Origin: Synechococcus elongatus PCC 6301
GTDB taxonomy: Bacteria > Cyanobacteriota > Cyanobacteriia > Synechococcales > Synechococcaceae
DNA: 32,000 bases
Direction of reading: 5' to 3'
Assembly: GCF_000010065.1 (NCBI RefSeq)
Contig: NC_006576.1
Coordinates: 510,001-542,000, forward strand
Part shown: one piece after another, positions 27,953-32,000 of the stretch
How positions within the stretch are numbered: position 1 is the stretch's first letter
How the letters are laid out: each line of letters opens with the position of its first letter
Made by a program: the position numbers and the translations under genes
The notes under the pieces: generated by a model
Database searches by the model: none
What the model was told of the DNA's origin: nothing
What the model saw: only the letters and a program-made list of their open reading frames with translations

Positions 27953-29074
27953 ATGCACTATCGCCAATATGGTCGGACGGGGCGATTGATCTCGCGCTTT
28001 TCCCTCGGCTTGATGCGCTGTTTGGACTCTGCCGCGCAATTGGAGGCTGTGCTTGATGCTGCGTGGCGGCTTGGCATCAACCACTTTGAGACGGCGCAGT
28101 CCTACGGCCCCAGCGAAGCCTATCTGGCGCAAGCCCTGCATTCTCTGCAATTGCCCCGTGATCAAGTCATCATCACGACTAAAATCCTGCCCGATCGCGA
28201 CCCCCAGCAGATGGTAGAAGCCGTGTTGCGATCGCGTGATCGCTTAGGGATTGACTCGATCGATTGTCTTGCCCTGCATGGTCTCAACCAGCCCGAGCAT
28301 TTGCAGCAGGCGATCGCTGCATTACCGGCGCTCCAAACCCTGCAAGCGGAAGGCGTCTTTCAGCATTTGGGCTTTTCCAGTCACGGCGATCGCGAATTGA
28401 TTCTGGAGGCGATCGCTACCGATGCGTTTGACTTTGTCAGCCTCCATTACTACCTGCTGTTTCAACGTCACGCGCCGGTCATTGAAGCAGCTGCAGCCAA
28501 AAATCTAGGAATTTTCATCATTTCGCCCGTCGATAAGGGTGGACTCCTGCACCAACCTTCTGCCCAACTGATCGAGGACTGTCAGCCCTTCAGTCCTCTG
28601 GCACTCAACTATCGATTTCTGCTCAGCGATCGCCGGATTACAACCCTCAGTTTTGGTGCTGCAAAGGCCGAGGAATTAGCGGTTCTTCAGGACTTCGTTG
28701 ATGCGGATCAGCCGCTGAGTCTGGAGGAAGCTGAGGCGATCGCGCGACTGGAACAAGTTCGCCAGCAGCGGCTGGGCAGGGACTACTGTCAGCAGTGTTA
28801 TGCCTGTTTGCCCTGTCCCGAGGCGATCAACATTCCTGAGGTACTGCGGCTGCGGAATCTGGCAATCGCCCACGACATGCAAGCCTACGGACGATATCGA
28901 TATCGCATGTTTGAAAATGCCGGACATTGGTTCCCGGGGCAGCGAGGCAGCCGCTGCACGGATTGTGGCGATTGCCTACCCCGTTGCCCCCATCACTTGC
29001 CGATCGCGGATTTGGTGCGCGATGCTGATCAGCGATTAGCAGGCGCTCCTCGGCGGCGTTTGTGGGGAGATTAG
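27953..29074 (+). CDS. aldo/keto reductase fused to a C-terminal 4Fe-4S ferredoxin-type domain (COG1453-like)
   Basis: 373 aa. The AKR N-terminus has a YG.SE motif (INHFETAQSYGPSEAYL). The C-terminal cysteine clusters are CQQCYACLPCP and CTDCGDCLPRCP. Confidence 0.8.
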   Translation: MHYRQYGRTGRLISRFSLGLMRCLDSAAQLEAVLDAAWRLGINHFETAQSYGPSEAYLAQALHSLQLPRDQVIITTKILPDRDPQQMVEAVLRSRDRLGIDSIDCLALHGLNQPEHLQQAIAALPALQTLQAEGVFQHLGFSSHGDRELILEAIATDAFDFVSLHYYLLFQRHAPVIEAAAAKNLGIFIISPVDKGGLLHQPSAQLIEDCQPFSPLALNYRFLLSDRRITTLSFGAAKAEELAVLQDFVDADQPLSLEEAEAIARLEQVRQQRLGRDYCQQCYACLPCPEAINIPEVLRLRNLAIAHDMQAYGRYRYRMFENAGHWFPGQRGSRCTDCGDCLPRCPHHLPIADLVRDADQRLAGAPRRRLWGD

Positions 29075-29076
29075 TG

Positions 29077-29805
29077 ATGCTCGCCAGCTTACTCAGCTTG
29101 ACACTCCTCGGACTGACGTCCGGGGATTCGCGCTTCATCGGGAGTCCAGTGCCTTTACCCTCCACGCGCTTCTTCGCCGAGTGCCCCTCAGATGCGGGGG
29201 CCTTTAGCGGTGATACACCCGAGGGCTCTGCCGTAGTACCCAAGGGATTGGAGATGAGCGTATCAACTAAAGTCGTCCTAAAGGACAGGGCTTGTATCCC
29301 AGTTTCTTCGGTCAGTCTACTCGCCTCGGTCCCTGCTGGAATCGACCCATGGGCTACGCCGCCACGTCCCGATCCAACACCACTCGACTTTGAGCTGCTC
29401 GATCGGGAGGAACAGCCTATTTGCAAGGCCTCAGAAGCTTCACTGCCACCAGGCATTACGATCACCGACCGCACGATCTGTCCGCTAGGGATCATGCAGC
29501 CTGACCTCTGGCTGACCCGAGACCTCTATGCCCGCGACCTTGACCCGCAGTGGTTGGTGCAGCTTCGGCAACCGGGGCAACCGGGACGGGTGGACTTGGT
29601 AGTGCGGACCGCTGAGTGGAGCAATCGCAGCTATTTTGGCCGCTATCGCTTCTTGATGATTTTTGGGCGAGTCAGCAGTTCAGCAGGCTATAACCTGCGC
29701 ATCTTTAATCGTGCTGGCCAGCGCCTCGGCACCTACACCTGCTGGTATCAACCGGAGCCTGTCGGCTGCGTCGTCAATCTAGCAACGCCGGGTACTCGCG
29801 GCTAG
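29077..29805 (+). CDS. hypothetical secreted protein
   Basis: ATG at 29077 lies just past the upstream TAG stop (29072-29074), in the string TAGTGATG. The signal-like N-terminus is MLASLLSLTLLGLTSG. No family was recognised. A 222-aa antisense ORF (28827..29495) overlaps it and is judged spurious. Confidence 0.5.
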   Translation: MLASLLSLTLLGLTSGDSRFIGSPVPLPSTRFFAECPSDAGAFSGDTPEGSAVVPKGLEMSVSTKVVLKDRACIPVSSVSLLASVPAGIDPWATPPRPDPTPLDFELLDREEQPICKASEASLPPGITITDRTICPLGIMQPDLWLTRDLYARDLDPQWLVQLRQPGQPGRVDLVVRTAEWSNRSYFGRYRFLMIFGRVSSSAGYNLRIFNRAGQRLGTYTCWYQPEPVGCVVNLATPGTRG

Positions 29806-29858
29806 ATGGAGGAGAGAGTCGGTCGACGATCACAGTTTGTTTGGTGGGTTGGGGTGGA

Positions 29859-29930
29859 GCCTCGATCGCGGCGGCTAAAACTAGCCGGTGTTAGCCTCTG
29901 GTGAGAGGCGGATAAGGTCTGACTAAAACG
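29859..29930. repeat. copy B of the imperfect ~75-nt direct repeat (partner at 27843-27920)
   Basis: Same orientation as copy A. The ungapped right-hand 55 nt sit exactly 2010 nt downstream of the corresponding bases of copy A. Confidence 0.5.
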
Positions 29931-30030
29931 GATAAATCTTTTGACTAATTCATTCAAAAGTGTGTTCGAAGCCAATAAAAACGGATCTGAGTAAGTCACC
30001 CAGATCCGGCCAACGCAGTGCGTCGAGTAA

Positions 30031-31326
30031 TTAGAGGGTCAGGCTTTCGGGGCGGTTTTCAATCAGGTCGGCCAAGTCCTTGAGGAAGGCAGCCGCATGA
30101 GCGCCGTAGATGTGGCGGTGATCACAGGTGAGGTTAACTTGCATCTGCCGCTTGACGCCAAACAGACCGTCAGCCGTGGCCACGAGGGTCGGTTTGGAAG
30201 CCCCAATCGCCAGAATCGCACCGGTGCCCGGCGGCAGAATCGCATCGAAGCGATCGACACCAAACATCCCTAGATTGGAGAGGGTAAAGGTGCCGGTGGT
30301 GTATTCCTCGGGTTTGAGTTGCTTGGTGCGCGATCGCGCCACGAGATCCTTCCAGTTGCGAGCCAAGCTATAGAGATCGGTTTGATCAGCACGACCCAGT
30401 ACGGGGGTCAGCAGACCGCCATCATCCATAGCCACCGCGATCGCCACGTTGATGGCTTCGTTGTACTGGACGCCAGTTTCTGTCACCCGAGCATTGAGCA
30501 AGGGATGCTTGGCGAGGGTTGCAGCGACGGCTTTGGCCAGCAAAACCGTGATTGTCACGCCTTTGGGCTTGAGCTGCTTGGCCAAACTATCGATCGCATC
30601 GGTGGTGATCGTGTAACCGACGCGGTAGACCGGCACGTTGAGGCTCGCTTCCATGTTGCGAACCACGGCCTGCTGGAAGGTGCTGTAGGGCACGAACTGA
30701 CCCGGCGCGATCGCGGGAGTTGGCGCGGGGGCAGCAGGAGCCGTAGCAACGGGAGCAGCAACCGGTGCGGTGACAACGGCAGGAGCCACAGGGGTAGCGA
30801 TCGCGGGTTTGGCAGTAACTCCTGCGGCGGCTTCGACATCGGCTGCCACAATTCGACCGTGGGGACCACTGCCGGTAAGGCTACCGAGGTCAACGCCCAA
30901 GCTCTTGGCGAGTTTTTTGGCACGCGGGGAGGCAACCAAGCGATCGCTGCGGGTTGCTGTAGGAGCAGCGACAGGTTCAGGGCTCACAGCGACGGGTTCG
31001 GGTGCCGCCGTAGCAGCAGGGGTTGCAGGGGTCGCTGCAGCGGAACCAGCACCGGCTGCCTGTTGCTTCGCAACTTCAATTTCGGCTTCAGTTTCTGCAA
31101 TCAGAGCGATCGCTTCGCCCACGGGAGCATTGCCGCCTGCCGGCACAATAATCGTCGCGAGGTAGCCTTCATAGAAAGATTCCACGTCCATGTCGGCTTT
31201 GTCCGACTCGACGATCAGGACTGTTTCACCTTTCTCGACACGATCGCCCGGAGCCTTCACCCACTCGACGATCTTGCCCTCGGTCATAGTGGAGCTGAGG
31301 GCGGGCATGAAGACTTCGTGGATCAT
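30031..31326 (-). CDS. pdhC: dihydrolipoamide acetyltransferase, E2 component of the pyruvate dehydrogenase complex
   Basis: 431 aa. The lipoyl domain carries the ESDKADMDVE lipoyl-lysine motif. Ala/Pro-rich linkers, an E3/E1-binding domain (SPRAKKLAKSLGVDL) and a catalytic domain with DHRHIYG are present. Confidence 0.9.
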   Translation of the reverse strand: MIHEVFMPALSSTMTEGKIVEWVKAPGDRVEKGETVLIVESDKADMDVESFYEGYLATIIVPAGGNAPVGEAIALIAETEAEIEVAKQQAAGAGSAAATPATPAATAAPEPVAVSPEPVAAPTATRSDRLVASPRAKKLAKSLGVDLGSLTGSGPHGRIVAADVEAAAGVTAKPAIATPVAPAVVTAPVAAPVATAPAAPAPTPAIAPGQFVPYSTFQQAVVRNMEASLNVPVYRVGYTITTDAIDSLAKQLKPKGVTITVLLAKAVAATLAKHPLLNARVTETGVQYNEAINVAIAVAMDDGGLLTPVLGRADQTDLYSLARNWKDLVARSRTKQLKPEEYTTGTFTLSNLGMFGVDRFDAILPPGTGAILAIGASKPTLVATADGLFGVKRQMQVNLTCDHRHIYGAHAAAFLKDLADLIENRPESLTL

Positions 31327-31521
31327 GAGCGAGTTCCGAAGGGGTAGCGCAGCAAACGTCCGCCAACCGGCGGTTCAATCAACAGCCGATCTTATCGCGA
31401 GCCGTGGTCCGGACTAGTGGCGATCGCTGCAGATTTTCGCGAAGGGCAATCGCGCTAGGTACCAACCCAAAGGAAGAGGGTATAGGGCAGTAGGAGGCTC
31501 CTGTCGCCAGATTAAGGTCAG

Positions 31522-32000
31522 TTAGTGAAAGCGGACGGTGGCTCGCGGACGGAAGGGGGTTTGCAGTGAGGTGCAGGCATCGATAAAGGCAGCCAAAATG
31601 GTCACCAGCAAAATGAATTCGCGATCGCTGGTGCCAATCGCCACATTGTGCTCATCGAAGACTTGCTCCAGCGGTAGCCAGAGCGGATTTCGGCGAGCAG
31701 CTTGATAGGACTTGGCGAGGCGCTTTTGGTGGCGGGCTTCGCTCAGGTTGGTGTCACTGGCACTGTGGGCAAAGTCATTGCGAACGGCCCGAATGCCATG
31801 CAGGGCTTTCTCGACTGTGGGATCCAGTAAGCCGAGCCGAGCTGCGAGAGTAATCTTGGCGGCAAAGCTGCCCAGGGAGCGATCGGGGGTGAAGAGAACG
31901 TCTTCTTCATCGCCAAGGGGAGCCATGACGGATTGCAACAGGCGTTCGAGGGCCAGATCTAAACGGGCAGCACCAACAAGGACGACACCGCGGCCCCGTT
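31522..32000 (-). CDS. hypothetical protein, possibly MltR/MtlR-like helical fold; 5' end outside window
   Basis: The reading frame stays open from 31938 to the window edge (..GRGVVLVGAARLDLALERLLQSVMAP..), so the TTG start in the track is probably not the real start. The motifs RGxxLxxAAxLDxxLExLL and IRxxRNxFAH resemble mannitol-repressor-like proteins as I recall them. Confidence 0.4.
   Translation of the reverse strand, partial: RGRGVVLVGAARLDLALERLLQSVMAPLGDEEDVLFTPDRSLGSFAAKITLAARLGLLDPTVEKALHGIRAVRNDFAHSASDTNLSEARHQKRLAKSYQAARRNPLWLPLEQVFDEHNVAIGTSDREFILLVTILAAFIDACTSLQTPFRPRATVRFH

Noticed and set aside
27750-29999. Two small minus-strand ORFs (27750..27938 and 29802..29999) share the peptide TPASF[TS]R..RDR, which suggests paralogous micro-proteins.
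   Set aside because: The similarity is just the ~75-nt DNA repeat read in one frame. Over about 27 aligned codons, amino-acid identity (about 48%) is what roughly 72-75% neutral nucleotide identity would give. Many differences are at second codon positions. One of the two ORFs (27750..27938) starts at TTG without an SD. The similarity is treated as a non-coding repeat.
30319-31347. 342-aa plus-strand ORF antisense to the E2 acetyltransferase gene. Similar long antisense or shadow ORFs occur at 28827..29495, 8358..8858, 9299..9895, 10463..10933, 7422..7970, 21831..22250 and 25703..26059.
   Set aside because: Each lies fully inside a confidently identified gene on the other strand. Their translations are Arg/Gly/Ser-rich low-complexity strings typical of stop-poor antisense frames in GC-rich DNA. 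None shows recognisable motifs.
1-32000. CRISPR arrays, tRNA/rRNA genes, insertion sequences, integrases, toxin-antitoxin pairs or recognisable phage-defence genes.
   Set aside because: I found no regularly spaced direct repeats, no cloverleaf-compatible segments in the intergenic regions I read, and no ORF with transposase, integrase, nuclease-NTPase defence or TA hallmarks. Absence is based on manual reading, not on tRNAscan, CRISPR finders or HMM searches.

Overview
This is a cyanobacterial chromosomal segment. It is very probably from the Synechococcus elongatus PCC 7942/6301 lineage. That is an inference from the extreme density of the HIP1 palindrome GCGATCGC, about 55-60% GC in core genes, and the gene set clpB, petE, hemE, glgB and pacL. 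Most of the window is ordinary, tightly packed housekeeping DNA. On the minus strand it holds a MidA-type methyltransferase, clpB, petE, an SDR epimerase-like gene, hemE, glgB, a GT2 glycosyltransferase, the pacL P-type ATPase, ktrA/ktrB, recG, a DUF3067-like gene, rph and the pyruvate dehydrogenase E2 gene. On the plus strand it holds the anmK 3' end, a class I methyltransferase, a TPM-domain protein, a CobA-like protein, a DUF151 nuclease-like protein and an Fe-S aldo/keto reductase. I found no CRISPR array, tRNA, rRNA, transposase, integrase or recognisable defence system. Seven items deserve a second look. (1) An imperfect direct repeat of about 75 nt brackets the aldo/keto reductase and a secreted-hypothetical gene pair. 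(2) A small exported protein is built from three 27-residue C-x10-C repeat units. (3) A CobA/CobO-family protein has lost its Walker-A P-loop. (4) A low-GC block carrying ktrAB is flanked by unusually long AT-rich non-coding DNA containing perfect palindromes. (5) A patch of uncharacterised genes (YbjN-like, coiled-coil membrane protein, small secreted ORF) is partly low in GC. (6) clpB has an internal GTG start with its own SD-like element. (7) HIP1 is depleted exactly in the low-GC patches. None of these is demonstrably a new system from sequence alone. All functional calls rest on my recognition of motifs in the translated ORFs, not on database searches.
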